DNA of 64,000 nt, taken from positions 1 to 64,000 of IMG/VR virus record IMGVR_UViG_3300045974_000760, one strand, 5' to 3'. Shown here in pieces: positions 46,884 to 57,417 of this stretch. Source of the DNA: a virus. Position 1 is the first letter of the stretch, and every line of letters begins with the position of its first letter. The translations under genes were made by a program, and so were the position numbers. The notes beneath the pieces are model-generated. The model was not told where the DNA came from. It saw only the letters and a list, made by a program, of their open reading frames with translations, and ran no database searches.

Positions 46884-46905
46884 GTGTTACCCTCGGAGAG
46901 CTCCC

Positions 46906-49900
46906 ATGCCTCTTTCCTCTTCAGACATCGCGCAGATGAATGGCGGCTACCAGCAGATGGCCATGGGCCAGATGCAGTACGCCGGTATGATTGGCCGCTA
47001 CGGCATGCAGCAGGGGCAGAGCCAGTACGGCCAGCCCGCTGACATGATGATGGGGCGGGCCATGAACGCAGGCATGGCCGTCGGCGCGCCTGTTGCCACG
47101 ATGGGCATGGGCATGATGGGGCTCGACGCCATGTCGATGGGTATGGCCGGCGCCTCCATGGGCTGGAAGGCCGGCGGTCTGATGGGCGCTGTCGGCGGTG
47201 GTATGGCGGCAGCCGCTATCCCGATGGCAGCTACTGCGGCGGTGTCGTACGGCGCGAGTCAGATGATGGAGGGCGCGCATCAGCAGCAGCTCATCAATCA
47301 GACGATGCGCACGAACTTCAATCAAATCGGCCAATACGGCCGTGGCTTTCAGCGCCAGGAGATGACGCAGATTGGCCAGCAGATGCGTGGGATGACGCAC
47401 GAGTTTGGTGCGGGCGGTGAAATCACCACGATGAACGAGCTCACCAACCTGGCTGGCAAGATGGGCCAGATGGGCGGGGGTCGCGGCATTCAAGACGTGC
47501 AGGAGTTCGGGCGCCGCTTCAAGGAGCTTGTCAGCACGGTCAAGACGGTGGCGCAGGAGCTGGGTACATCGCTCGAGAGCGCACAGAACATGATGCAGGG
47601 CCTGAAGGGTTCGGGCGTGTTCTCGAAGGGCAATCAGATGTCTGCCTTCAAGATGGCGAAGGGAGCCGCGTTGGGCGGTAACCTGGCCATGGAGGAGGTG
47701 ATGGGGATGGGGAACATGGGCTCGCAGATTGCGCGCTCCATTGGTGGTCGAGGACGAGCGGGCTTCACCGCGGGTGTGAAGACGGCGGGCATGGTGGGCG
47801 GCGCGCTCGAGACGGGTGTGCTGAGTGAGGAGGACATCTACAACGCCACAGGGCAGGTAGGTGCCGAGGGGCGTGAAGCATTGGGCGCAAGCCTGATGAG
47901 TGTGAACGCCTCCTTCTTGCGCTCGAGCCGTGGTCGCCGGGTAATGGCGTCGATGGCGGGGGAGAACGGCTCGCTGAATGCGGATGACGCTGAGGCGTAC
48001 ATGAGTAGCGGCGGCTTTGGTGTGGGCGGTACGATGGGCCGCGCGCGTAAGAACGCGAATCGCAGCCGTGCTGGCTTCCTGCGTAACGAAGGCAAGATGC
48101 GCGGGGAGGTCATGGCCCTAGACCCGCTTGTCGGCGTTCGTCAGACGATGACGTGGCTCGAGGAGCGCGGGTTCGACATGAACAGCGACATCGGCCGCAT
48201 CGCGCTGCAGCGTCAGATGAAGGCGGGCGGTGCGAATGTTGGGGAAGAGCAGCTCGATGCGATGGTGAAGCTCGTGCAGAAGGGCGACATCATCGGCGAC
48301 AACCAGAAGAGCCGTCTTGCGCAAGACAAAACGATGCAGGACATCGGCAACATGCAGAAGACGACGGGCATGGCAGGCTTGAAGACCAAGCTCGAGCACG
48401 CGCGTGAGTCGGTGCAGGGCAAGCTGCAGCAGATTGGCGCGGAGTTCATGAACAGCGGCGCAGAGCAGATTGAGCGCGCCATCAATCAACTGTCGGACCA
48501 GTACGTGCAGACCTACTCGCGTATTGCCGACGATGCTTTTCGGCAAGGCGCCAAGGGCTCGTCGGCTGGTGCGTCACGCTTCAAGGATGCTATCGGCGCA
48601 ACCCGCCATGCCGGTGAGGCATCGGCTGGTCAGTTCCGCGAGGAGTTGTTCGGGGGGCAGCGAAGGAAGGATGACTTCTCAGCTTTCGCAGCCTCCGGCG
48701 ACAAGGAGCGCTACGAGAAAGCGGGCTACACCATGCGCTCGATGTCGGACGTGAGTCGCGCGGAAGCGATGTCTCAGGGTGCGCGAAACAGGGACCCCTC
48801 TTGGTTCCAGGCAGGAGCCGAGCTTCGCGAAGAAATCCAAAACGCATACCTGAACGGCGACTTTGCGGGGAAGGGAGACAAGCGTCTATACGCTACACAC
48901 GCCTTCCTTCGCGGGAAGGATAGTACGGGCAAGGAGCGCAGGCTGGGTACGGGGCAGGACATTGGCGCGGACCTGGGGATGATGGGCTCCAACATGGCGC
49001 AGTCCGATGCGGACCGCGCGAAGCAAGCGTCACAATCGTCCTCACTTCTTGAAGGTGCTGGCGTCCGCAGCAATGGCTTTGACCTACCCGAATCTCGGCG
49101 CGGCCTCACAGGTAATCTGGGGCACACGGCAGCAGAGCGGGCCGAGTTGTTCGGGCTTGCCACGATGAAGCCTGCGCCTACTGAGGTGAAGCCTCTTCGC
49201 TGGCGTAAGCGCGCAGGCGGCGGCATGGAGCCCATCGTCGAGGCGGGCGCTGGAGAGTCGTGGGTAGCGGACAAGGAGAAGGCGCGCGCCGTCGGGCAGT
49301 GGATGGAGTCGGATACCGGCAAGAAGGCGCTCTTCGGGATGATGAGTACCGACAAGACTACCTCTACGCGGGCTGCGACGGAGAACCGCGAGCGTCTGCT
49401 TGAGCTGGTGGGAGGGGAGGACGGAGACCCTTCCAAGCTCAAGGGTGCGGAGAAAGATGAGTTCGACGCGCGCACCATCGCGGGTGATGCGCAAGAAGTC
49501 GGTCGGATGATGGAGGACGACAAGAACATCACGCTCGAGGAGGCATCCGCCAAGGTTGCCGAGAAGAAGGGCGGCGGCCGAACCGCAGAGCGTGTTGCAG
49601 CGGCATACAAGGGCATAACCGGAGGTATGGCGGAGCAGGGCTTCGGCGAGAGTCGAAAGATGGCTCGCACCCTACGTGGTGAAGGTCAGGCAGCGCAAGA
49701 TGACATGCGTAAGCGTGGCCTGATTACGATGAACGATGACGGAAGTGTGGGTCTGTCGGCCGCCACGAAGGAGGACTTGAAGAACTTCGGTAAAGACTCG
49801 ACAGGCAAAGTGAATCTGGGGGACCACGCCGGGAAGATGCTTGAGGCGATGGTAACGGCGGAGAACATAAAAACTACGCTGTCTATGGCCCCGGGGAACG

Positions 49901-50547
49901 ACGCTTTCAACCAAGGCCAGATGATCAAGTCGATGGAGGCGTCGGCCTCTGTGTCCGGCATGATGGACCAACTGTCTACTGCTCAGAAGCGCGAGATGGA
50001 GACGAAGCTGCGTAACACCGGCGGCAAGGGTCAAGGCCTTGCTGACGCACTCGGACGTGCTGCGCGTGTTGAGGACCGGTATACGAAGGCGGCCAACAGG
50101 TACGGTGCTGCCGCCGGTGCGGGAGCCATCTTGGGTGTTGAAATGAGTGACGAGGAGCGGCGCAACCTGAGTAAGGCCGACCCTGCGAGCCAGGCGCAGA
50201 CGCTGCTTGCGGCGCGCGGCATTGACGTCACCAAGGGCGACGGTAGCCAGATGCTGACCGACCTCACAAACACTCTCCACGGGGAGAAGTGGGTGGACGG
50301 CAAGGTGGTCGGCAAGATGTCGAACGAGGAGAAGGCGAGCCGACTCAAGGACATCTCTGGTCGGGCGGATGCGCAGGCGAAGGAAAACCAGGGCAAGGAA
50401 AAAGAGAAAGACAGTAAGGCGCTTGCAGATGCGATTGGTAACGCGGTCGGCGTCAAGATGGGGGAGATCTTCGGTAAGCCCATTCGAGTAATCGACGAGT
50501 CAAAGGGCGGCGGAAACGGCAACCCCGTGAAGACACCCGGACAATGA
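46906..50547 (+). CDS. Tape measure protein
   Basis: 1213 aa; helical, Gly/Ala/Met-rich; hydrophobic N-terminal segment; precedes baseplate-like genes. Confidence 0.7.
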   Translation: MPLSSSDIAQMNGGYQQMAMGQMQYAGMIGRYGMQQGQSQYGQPADMMMGRAMNAGMAVGAPVATMGMGMMGLDAMSMGMAGASMGWKAGGLMGAVGGGMAAAAIPMAATAAVSYGASQMMEGAHQQQLINQTMRTNFNQIGQYGRGFQRQEMTQIGQQMRGMTHEFGAGGEITTMNELTNLAGKMGQMGGGRGIQDVQEFGRRFKELVSTVKTVAQELGTSLESAQNMMQGLKGSGVFSKGNQMSAFKMAKGAALGGNLAMEEVMGMGNMGSQIARSIGGRGRAGFTAGVKTAGMVGGALETGVLSEEDIYNATGQVGAEGREALGASLMSVNASFLRSSRGRRVMASMAGENGSLNADDAEAYMSSGGFGVGGTMGRARKNANRSRAGFLRNEGKMRGEVMALDPLVGVRQTMTWLEERGFDMNSDIGRIALQRQMKAGGANVGEEQLDAMVKLVQKGDIIGDNQKSRLAQDKTMQDIGNMQKTTGMAGLKTKLEHARESVQGKLQQIGAEFMNSGAEQIERAINQLSDQYVQTYSRIADDAFRQGAKGSSAGASRFKDAIGATRHAGEASAGQFREELFGGQRRKDDFSAFAASGDKERYEKAGYTMRSMSDVSRAEAMSQGARNRDPSWFQAGAELREEIQNAYLNGDFAGKGDKRLYATHAFLRGKDSTGKERRLGTGQDIGADLGMMGSNMAQSDADRAKQASQSSSLLEGAGVRSNGFDLPESRRGLTGNLGHTAAERAELFGLATMKPAPTEVKPLRWRKRAGGGMEPIVEAGAGESWVADKEKARAVGQWMESDTGKKALFGMMSTDKTTSTRAATENRERLLELVGGEDGDPSKLKGAEKDEFDARTIAGDAQEVGRMMEDDKNITLEEASAKVAEKKGGGRTAERVAAAYKGITGGMAEQGFGESRKMARTLRGEGQAAQDDMRKRGLITMNDDGSVGLSAATKEDLKNFGKDSTGKVNLGDHAGKMLEAMVTAENIKTTLSMAPGNDAFNQGQMIKSMEASASVSGMMDQLSTAQKREMETKLRNTGGKGQGLADALGRAARVEDRYTKAANRYGAAAGAGAILGVEMSDEERRNLSKADPASQAQTLLAARGIDVTKGDGSQMLTDLTNTLHGEKWVDGKVVGKMSNEEKASRLKDISGRADAQAKENQGKEKEKDSKALADAIGNAVGVKMGEIFGKPIRVIDESKGGGNGNPVKTPGQ

Positions 50548-50810
50548 AATCACTACTCTTCCAAAACCCTCTCCCTCCCTTCACACAACCGCCCGGCTGT
50601 GAGCCAGGATGTGGCGAGCAGTCCATCAGCATCAAGAAGAACGGCAAGCTCTACAAGCTCGTTGTTCGCACGAAGACGGGCATCGAGTTCCCGTACCTGA
50701 CGATGCTCCGCGCCTACGCCCACTCATTGCAGGCCAGCGAGCCGTATGCTGGTACAACGCCTGGGCGAGACCTTCGTGACGCCCTCATCAAAACGAACCT
50801 CGTCGTCTAA
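50544..50810 (+). CDS. Small hypothetical protein
   Basis: ATGA coupling to the TMP. Confidence 0.5.
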   Translation: MKSLLFQNPLPPFTQPPGCEPGCGEQSISIKKNGKLYKLVVRTKTGIEFPYLTMLRAYAHSLQASEPYAGTTPGRDLRDALIKTNLVV

Positions 50811-50825
50811 CCAGAAGGTGCGCCC

Positions 50826-52289
50826 TTGTCCGTCTACATCGAAATCACCACGCAGTCGTTGAATCTGCAGACGAACCTTCAAGGGCAAGGTGGCGGCAGC
50901 TCACGTGCAGGCCGGGCGTCTGCACGAAGGCCGCTGCGCGGGACCGAAATCAAGGAGAACACGTACGGGGTGATGAAGGCGGTACTGCCCGACGGCACCC
51001 CCATCCCGCTCATCTCCTCGAACAACGCTGAGGGCAAGGTCAAGGGCTGGACGAACTTCATGCTCCAGAGCGTGCAGGAGTCCCGCGTTGAAAAGCAGCA
51101 GATGATCGAGACGTTCGGGGACACGTACGTCTGGTTCTTCGGTGAGAGCCCGCGTTTTCTCGATGTGCAAGCCATCGTCCTCAACTCGAACGACTTCAAC
51201 TGGGAGGCCGAGTTCTGGGCGAACTACGAGCGGTACTTCCGAGGCACCAAGTTGACTGAGCTCGGGGCGCGTCTGTACCTCTGCTACGACGACACCATCG
51301 TCGAGGGCTACATGATGAACGCGCAGGCACAGAAGACCGCGCAGCAGCCCCTCGAGGTCCCCATTGCGTTTCGACTGTTCGTGACGGGCAGCACCAACGT
51401 CTCCAACGTCGGTAGCGGCGCCTTCCCCATCCGCGCAAGCGTGCAGGGCCTCTGGCCCATGGAGAAGCTACGTAAGCCCCTCAGCCCCGACGACATCAAG
51501 AAGCTCGTCAAGCTCAACGGCAGCCACATCCCCTCCGATGTCGACATCGGCGACTTCGTCAACAACGCCGAGGCACTCGTCGACCGCCCTCTGCGCAGCA
51601 ACATCGAAGACAATGCCGACGAGTGGACTGACCCAGATCCCTCTCCCTTCATCGAGAAGAGCGACTTCCAGGACGACATCGATGACCTCCTCGTCGCGCT
51701 CAACAAGGGTATGCAAGATCTAGGTGCCCTCACCAGCCAGCTGCAGAGCTTGATGGACCCGCAGAGCGCCTACGGCAGTGTCTTCAACAAGTCCCCGCTC
51801 AACACGCTGCCCTCGCTCTCCCCCAAGGAGCAGTGGAACAAGCTCAAGAAGACGTACAGCGACGCCAAGAACACCACGGAGAAGATCTCCAAGACCGGCA
51901 GCAAGGTCGTCAACGCCGTCACGCACAGCGGGCAGGAGTGGCACGACTTCTGGAACGACCCCGATGCCTACGTCGCTGACAAGGTGAAGAAGTCGGGCCT
52001 CTACGACAAGGTCGTCAAGGAGGCGAAGAAGCAAGCCGAGAACGTCTGGGAAGGCAAGCCCATGACCCTCAACTCCACCGTAGGCAGCCCCCCACGTACT
52101 GGACCCCCAGCCTCTCTCGCCCCTTATGGCATTGGCTCCCCAGGTACTACCGGTGGTGTCGCGAACAACAACTCCACCGGCGGCTACTCCTACGGGTACA
52201 GCTACTCGGGCGGTACTGGCTCAGGTGACTCACCTTCCTACTCGAAGTCCATCTTCTGGTCATCGACTGGTGCTAAGGCACCATTATGA
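50826..52289 (+). CDS. Putative baseplate / tail-tube-initiator protein
   Basis: GAAGG then TTG; NFMLQSVQESRVEKQQMIETFG...FFGESPR resembles a tube-like fold; follows the TMP. Confidence 0.55.
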   Translation: MSVYIEITTQSLNLQTNLQGQGGGSSRAGRASARRPLRGTEIKENTYGVMKAVLPDGTPIPLISSNNAEGKVKGWTNFMLQSVQESRVEKQQMIETFGDTYVWFFGESPRFLDVQAIVLNSNDFNWEAEFWANYERYFRGTKLTELGARLYLCYDDTIVEGYMMNAQAQKTAQQPLEVPIAFRLFVTGSTNVSNVGSGAFPIRASVQGLWPMEKLRKPLSPDDIKKLVKLNGSHIPSDVDIGDFVNNAEALVDRPLRSNIEDNADEWTDPDPSPFIEKSDFQDDIDDLLVALNKGMQDLGALTSQLQSLMDPQSAYGSVFNKSPLNTLPSLSPKEQWNKLKKTYSDAKNTTEKISKTGSKVVNAVTHSGQEWHDFWNDPDAYVADKVKKSGLYDKVVKEAKKQAENVWEGKPMTLNSTVGSPPRTGPPASLAPYGIGSPGTTGGVANNNSTGGYSYGYSYSGGTGSGDSPSYSKSIFWSSTGAKAPL

Positions 52290-55200
52290 GCGGAATCGGC
52301 AATCGACTACGGCTACGGTTGTTCATCGAAGGTGTTGAGGTCCCGCTCATCGCGGCCAACATCCAGTGCAACCCCAACAGCCCCATCATGTGCAGTCTTC
52401 AAGTCCCCCCACTTGAAGAAGGCACCAAGCTGAAGGAGTGCTCGCTCGTCCACGTCTTCTTCTTCGACTACGCCGAAGCCTCCAGCGGCCTCGTCTCCTT
52501 CCGGGGTGACCAGGCCGCAGCGCACGCGCAGAACGACCCCACCGCCTACGAGCAGACCAAGCAGCGGCGGGAAGCAAACAACAACGGGGATAACACTCCG
52601 TCGGCTGAGGACTACGCCACCGAGCTTCGCAACGAGCGCTTCAAGCTCTTGTTCGTCGGGGAGATTGTGGGCTTCCAGTGGACGAAGTCCCCCACGTCTC
52701 GCTCGCTCGTTCTGCAGTGCATGGACCTGTCGAACTACTGGGACCGCGCCTATCAGTTCTCGAACGGGGACTTGTTCGGGCCCGGGTACAAGGCGCTCTT
52801 CTCAGGCGGGGCAACGAACCTCTTCACCGACTTCTTCGAAGAGAAGGGCGGGGCAGTACTTCGCATCCTCAATACCTCGTCCACCAACTACCCTGGCATC
52901 AAGGGTCTGCCGGGCGGCCTCATCCACCTCATCGAGGCAATCGGCGGTTCGTACTACAAGAGTGAGAACCCCGGCTCGAAGGGTCAGCGGGATGTGTACG
53001 CGGGCCAGAATATCTTCTTCTCCCTCACCGAGCTTCGCTTGCACATCACCCAGATGGTGCACGCGTACCAGAAGGATGACACCGCCTACAAGCTGATGGG
53101 GCCTTCGTGGGATTCGCTATTCGGCCGTACTATCGGCGGTCTCGGCGAACAGGTCTCCATCCGTCAGGCCATCAATGCGGTTGCGGGCCTCATCTTCTAC
53201 GAGACCTACTCTATCCCGACGCCTCGGTATGTCCCCGGCCTCGAGGGGAGTATCAGTGGGTATGTGAGGAGGCGCGCCAAGGAGGACCCGAAGGGGAAGG
53301 TCATCGTATCCTCCTGCGAAGATGTGGCTACTGGATTGAAGCTGGCGGTGACGGAGCTGAACTACGTGCAGAGCTCTGCGGGCGTTGCGGATAACGCGGT
53401 GGCGCAGGACCAGTCCATCTTCACGGCGGTGAAGAATCGCGCGCAGGACGTCCGCACCTTCAAGAGCAATCTCGGCGGCCAGCTGCAGAAGACGACGGAG
53501 TTGCTGGGGAAGATCATCCGCTCGTGCCGCGAGCAACGAATGGACTCCCTGACGGGGCCGATTACCGTTGCCCGCACGGCACTGGCGAAAGCCATCACTG
53601 CGACCCGCAACAAGACGTGGACGGCCAGCAAGGATAGCGTCGCCACGCAGACGGTGATTGAGAACCTCGGGGCAGCCTCCGCGGCATTGGATTCACTGGG
53701 TAACATCGAGGTGGCATACACGGCGCCGAAGGATGCTCGACCTGCCAAGCTCATACAGCAGATCTTCCGTCCGGACGTGTGGTTCAGCGCACCGCCGATG
53801 TGCAACATCATCTTCCCGGACCAGTACTCGCAGATGACGTACTCGAGGAACTTCCTCGAGGAGCCGACGCGCCTACTGCTCAAGACGCACGACGAGTTCT
53901 TCGGTGAGGATGAGCTCTTTGACAACTTCTACTTCGCGCCGAAGAGTCCGACGACCGGCTCGAAGGAGCGTGCGCAGCTTCAAAAGCTATTGGCCGGTGA
54001 CATTCTTGCGCACGAGATCTACGTGGGCATCCTGCCGGTGTTCGAGAAGATGGGGGAGTTCAACATCTTCGCGGTGAGGGACGGCAAGAGCAAGGGTAAG
54101 CAGCCGAAGATTGGGCTTGCGCAGCGCAGCACGAACTTCCTCTACTTCCGCCATCGGTTCGCGAACAGGCAGATGCAAATCTCTTCCCTGTTCGACCCGT
54201 TCATTGTCCCCGGCTTCCCCTGTCTCGTGATTGACCGCCCTTCTGACTACGCGACGGTGAACAACTACTGGCAGTACGTGCAGAACGTGGGTAAGCCCAA
54301 CACCGAGCTCAACGCCACGCTGGGCACGCACTTCCTCGGCAATGTCGCGATGCTCTCGCACACGCTCTCGCAGCAGTCCGGGACGACGGACATCGTCTGC
54401 GGGTACGCGAGGCAGTGGGAGGAGAAGATCGAGTTCCTCGACTCCATTGACCCGGAGAAGGACCAGTTCGTTCAGAAGCGCTACGGCAAGGACGCTCTGC
54501 GCTCTACGGATGTGGCTGCGCTCTCCCCGCCCAAGGTGGGTACGCTGGGCCCGAACTTCGGGCAAATCACCAAGGTCGCGGATGTCACCGACCAGTACAT
54601 CCCCTACCGCCAGTTCGAGACCCTCCTCACCAATCTCAAGCTCGAGAAGGACACGCTCCTCCTGCCCTTCTACAAGGGCCCTCGTCGTTCGGGTATTGGT
54701 GACCTCTCAGCCCGTGTCCCCGTTGGCATCCCCGTCATCCCGAGCTCGCTCGGCGACGACTCACAGAAGGCGCTCGGCGCTACGAGCGATACCCCGCTCA
54801 CCTTCCGTGCGTACCGCGTGGAGGAGGAAGTACCTCGCTACCGCAAGGAGAAGGTGGACCTACCTGCCGAGGAGCAGATTCGTCCGGGCTGGTATGGAGA
54901 CTGCTGGCACACAAGCAAGATCGGCGAGGTGTACCAAGAGTTCTTTCGAACAGGCGCCCTCACCGACCCCCAGCAGGTCGTCGACCCCATGGGCGCCAAC
55001 CAGGGCATCACCTCTGCGGACGCGCCCGATGCACTCGCGATGGCAGCAAACGGGCGGGACCCCACAAGCCCCAACGCTCAAGCCCCCGCCATCTTCGCTC
55101 TCGACAACGACAGCTCCATCGAGCAGTCGGTCGCCTTCTTGCTCATGGTGTACAGCTACATCAAGCAGAACGGGGCTGACATCAAGACCTTCATCGACAG

Positions 55201-55489
55201 CTACAAGCACCGCCCCATTGCTTCCATCCCCGACATGTTCGGGTCTGCCGACCTCGAGTTCTCCCAACCCACAGGGCAGAAGGTTGTGAAGGGCGTTGAG
55301 GGCTTCCACAGCCGCGCGTTCGGTCAGTACAACAACATGTTCGGGCTCGTGACGTCGGACATCGCGAGCATCGTGGGCATCAAGCCCAACAGTACTGCGG
55401 CAACGCGCGGGGACGTACGCAAGGAGAAGCAAGACGCGGTGCTCGCGTACGTCAGCCGCCTGTTCGGCGGGCGTAGTGTGCTCGGCTAA
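52286..55489 (+). CDS. Putative baseplate hub protein (gp27/gpD-like)
   Basis: LRLFIEGVEVP...LLFVGEIVG...LQCMDLSNYW; FDPFIVPGFP; HFLGNVAMLSHTL. Confidence 0.6.
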   Translation: MSGIGNRLRLRLFIEGVEVPLIAANIQCNPNSPIMCSLQVPPLEEGTKLKECSLVHVFFFDYAEASSGLVSFRGDQAAAHAQNDPTAYEQTKQRREANNNGDNTPSAEDYATELRNERFKLLFVGEIVGFQWTKSPTSRSLVLQCMDLSNYWDRAYQFSNGDLFGPGYKALFSGGATNLFTDFFEEKGGAVLRILNTSSTNYPGIKGLPGGLIHLIEAIGGSYYKSENPGSKGQRDVYAGQNIFFSLTELRLHITQMVHAYQKDDTAYKLMGPSWDSLFGRTIGGLGEQVSIRQAINAVAGLIFYETYSIPTPRYVPGLEGSISGYVRRRAKEDPKGKVIVSSCEDVATGLKLAVTELNYVQSSAGVADNAVAQDQSIFTAVKNRAQDVRTFKSNLGGQLQKTTELLGKIIRSCREQRMDSLTGPITVARTALAKAITATRNKTWTASKDSVATQTVIENLGAASAALDSLGNIEVAYTAPKDARPAKLIQQIFRPDVWFSAPPMCNIIFPDQYSQMTYSRNFLEEPTRLLLKTHDEFFGEDELFDNFYFAPKSPTTGSKERAQLQKLLAGDILAHEIYVGILPVFEKMGEFNIFAVRDGKSKGKQPKIGLAQRSTNFLYFRHRFANRQMQISSLFDPFIVPGFPCLVIDRPSDYATVNNYWQYVQNVGKPNTELNATLGTHFLGNVAMLSHTLSQQSGTTDIVCGYARQWEEKIEFLDSIDPEKDQFVQKRYGKDALRSTDVAALSPPKVGTLGPNFGQITKVADVTDQYIPYRQFETLLTNLKLEKDTLLLPFYKGPRRSGIGDLSARVPVGIPVIPSSLGDDSQKALGATSDTPLTFRAYRVEEEVPRYRKEKVDLPAEEQIRPGWYGDCWHTSKIGEVYQEFFRTGALTDPQQVVDPMGANQGITSADAPDALAMAANGRDPTSPNAQAPAIFALDNDSSIEQSVAFLLMVYSYIKQNGADIKTFIDSYKHRPIASIPDMFGSADLEFSQPTGQKVVKGVEGFHSRAFGQYNNMFGLVTSDIASIVGIKPNSTAATRGDVRKEKQDAVLAYVSRLFGGRSVLG

Positions 55490-55495
55490 CACGTC

Positions 55496-55525
55496 TTTCT
55501 AGCCCCTTGTTGTCGGTGCTACAGT
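55496..55525 (+). promoter_or_regulatory. TTTCTAGCCCC element followed by extended -10-like TGCTACAGT
   Basis: Intergenic; ATG 7 nt after the -10 element. Confidence 0.45.
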
Positions 55526-55532
55526 GGCGCGT

Positions 55533-56048
55533 ATGACCGACTACACCCCCGACTTCGCGACCTGCTTGATGAGCGGGTTCACGGACGAGCTCAGCAAGAT
55601 GGCGGCTGACTTCGCCGCCCTCGGACTCGACGCTGATGACCTGGCGAAGATCGCCAATGTGGCGAACTTCTTGACGAGTGCCTCCAAGGGCTCAGTGGGT
55701 GCCGCCATTGCTCAACGAAATGCGGCGCGCGTATTTGGCGCAGGAATCAATACGGCAGGTGCCGTAGCTCCCGCGGCTGCCGCCGCTAAGATGGTTGGTA
55801 GCGCGGCCCCCGTCAAAGCGGTTGGCGCTAACGTCGGGCGGTCGCTTCCTTCGGTCGCCTCGCCGGCAGCTGCAGCTAAGCCTGGTGGACTGTTCGGCGG
55901 CGCAACCCCCGACTTCAGCGGTGGGATGGCGCGCAAGCCGCCTCCACTCCCGGCGGCAGCTATGCGCCAGCCAACCCCGCCCCCGCTTCCGCCACGCGCA
56001 CAACGCTTCCCACAAGTCGCAACTCCCCAGCAGGCAATGGCTGCCTGA
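55533..56048 (+). CDS. Ala/Pro-rich protein with N-terminal GFTDELSKMA / LAKIA motifs
   Basis: K-x-A family. Confidence 0.6.
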   Translation: MTDYTPDFATCLMSGFTDELSKMAADFAALGLDADDLAKIANVANFLTSASKGSVGAAIAQRNAARVFGAGINTAGAVAPAAAAAKMVGSAAPVKAVGANVGRSLPSVASPAAAAKPGGLFGGATPDFSGGMARKPPPLPAAAMRQPTPPPLPPRAQRFPQVATPQQAMAA

Positions 56049-57169
56049 TGTCCATCCGTCAACTCGTGAAGCAAGCAAGCGCCGTCCCCAGCAAGCTGCC
56101 CTGGCTTGCACGCGAAACGACGGAGCATATCGGCGACGTCGCAGGCTACGGCCTCATGACCGCGGGCGTTCTCGACGCCATTCGTCAGCGTCACCTCCAG
56201 AGTAAGGCGGTCGCCCCTCCCGCCTCACCGTCTGAAGGCTCCGTTCTCGGCGGGGAGAGGGGTCAGCTCGGCACCGACATCGGCGGTCTTGGCATGATGG
56301 CGGTGCCCACCATTGCCGCCCTTCGCCACGGCAGCCCCAAAGGCTCAGCAGGCGGGGGCAGCAAGACCACCAACCTCATCAACCTCGCCTCCCTCGCAGC
56401 TCTCGCAGCACCAGCAGCGGATAGCCTACAAGCGCGCTTGCGCTCCCAGCCAGGAGAAGACCCTGAACACAAGCATCTCATGTCACACGGGGTACACAAC
56501 GCCCTCGAGCTCGGCGGACTTGCTGGGTTTGGTGTGTCCGCATTGCGCGGTCACGAGGCAGGACACGGCCTTGGTACTGCGTCCACCCTCGCGGGCCTCG
56601 GTACTCTTGCTGCCCCGTACATCGATGATGTGCAGGCCCACGCGCGTACCGCTCATGGCGAAGACCCTCAAGCCAAGCGCCTCTTCACTCCCCAAGCTCG
56701 CAGCATGTCTGAACTCGCAGGCCTCGGCCTCTTGGCGGCGCCTGCGGTGTCGCACTTGATTCCTACGAGCAAGCACGCAGAGAGCACGGAGAAGGTCGCC
56801 ATGTCGCATGCACGCGATGCCCTCTCCCATGTGCTCGACCCCGACCTCGAGAAGGTTGCTGCCTCTCTTGCGGGCTGGTCCATCCCGCAGACACGTTCGG
56901 GCCGCCGTTCGATGTCTGTGATGACGATGCTGAAGAAGGACGCAGAAGGCACTCTTCGAAAGACCGCCAACTGGCTCGGCACCCCACAGAGCAACACCGG
57001 CATCGGTACCCCAGAGACTGGCGCTGAAGCGCGGTCCAAGCGCTACCCCTGGGAGGCGCCTTCTCGAGAAGACGGGTACTCTGACAAGGCCAAGGTCATG
57101 GACCGTCGCAGCGAGTCTGCGGTTGTCCCGCCCCACGGCGTTACACTCACCGACGTCAAGCTCGATTGA
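56048..57169 (+). CDS. Multi-hydrophobic-segment K-x-A protein with internal repeats
   Basis: VKQAS, SKHAE, EKVAM, EKVAA, RKTAN; two LAAP..D..QA..R...GEDP..K.L......EL.GL repeats. Confidence 0.62.
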   Translation: MSIRQLVKQASAVPSKLPWLARETTEHIGDVAGYGLMTAGVLDAIRQRHLQSKAVAPPASPSEGSVLGGERGQLGTDIGGLGMMAVPTIAALRHGSPKGSAGGGSKTTNLINLASLAALAAPAADSLQARLRSQPGEDPEHKHLMSHGVHNALELGGLAGFGVSALRGHEAGHGLGTASTLAGLGTLAAPYIDDVQAHARTAHGEDPQAKRLFTPQARSMSELAGLGLLAAPAVSHLIPTSKHAESTEKVAMSHARDALSHVLDPDLEKVAASLAGWSIPQTRSGRRSMSVMTMLKKDAEGTLRKTANWLGTPQSNTGIGTPETGAEARSKRYPWEAPSREDGYSDKAKVMDRRSESAVVPPHGVTLTDVKLD

Positions 57170-57183
57170 AAGGGACCCGCTAC

Positions 57184-57417
57184 ATGGACCTCGACCTACT
57201 CCACCTCGCCTTCGATTACGGTCTGCTCAAGGAGAGCGAAGCCGCCTACACCCCCTCCCCGGATGACGAGCTCGTCGGCGAGCTGCTCAAGAAGTACCCC
57301 AATCTCGCTCATGCTCCCAAGCCCCCCAAGGAGCACAAGCCCATCACCCCCGCAGAACACAAGCACGCTGCTCTTCTCGGCTACCACGACCGGCTGAACC
57401 AGCTTCGCCATGGCTGA
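57184..57417 (+). CDS. Small hypothetical protein
   Basis: Operonic ORF. Confidence 0.45.
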   Translation: MDLDLLHLAFDYGLLKESEAAYTPSPDDELVGELLKKYPNLAHAPKPPKEHKPITPAEHKHAALLGYHDRLNQLRHG

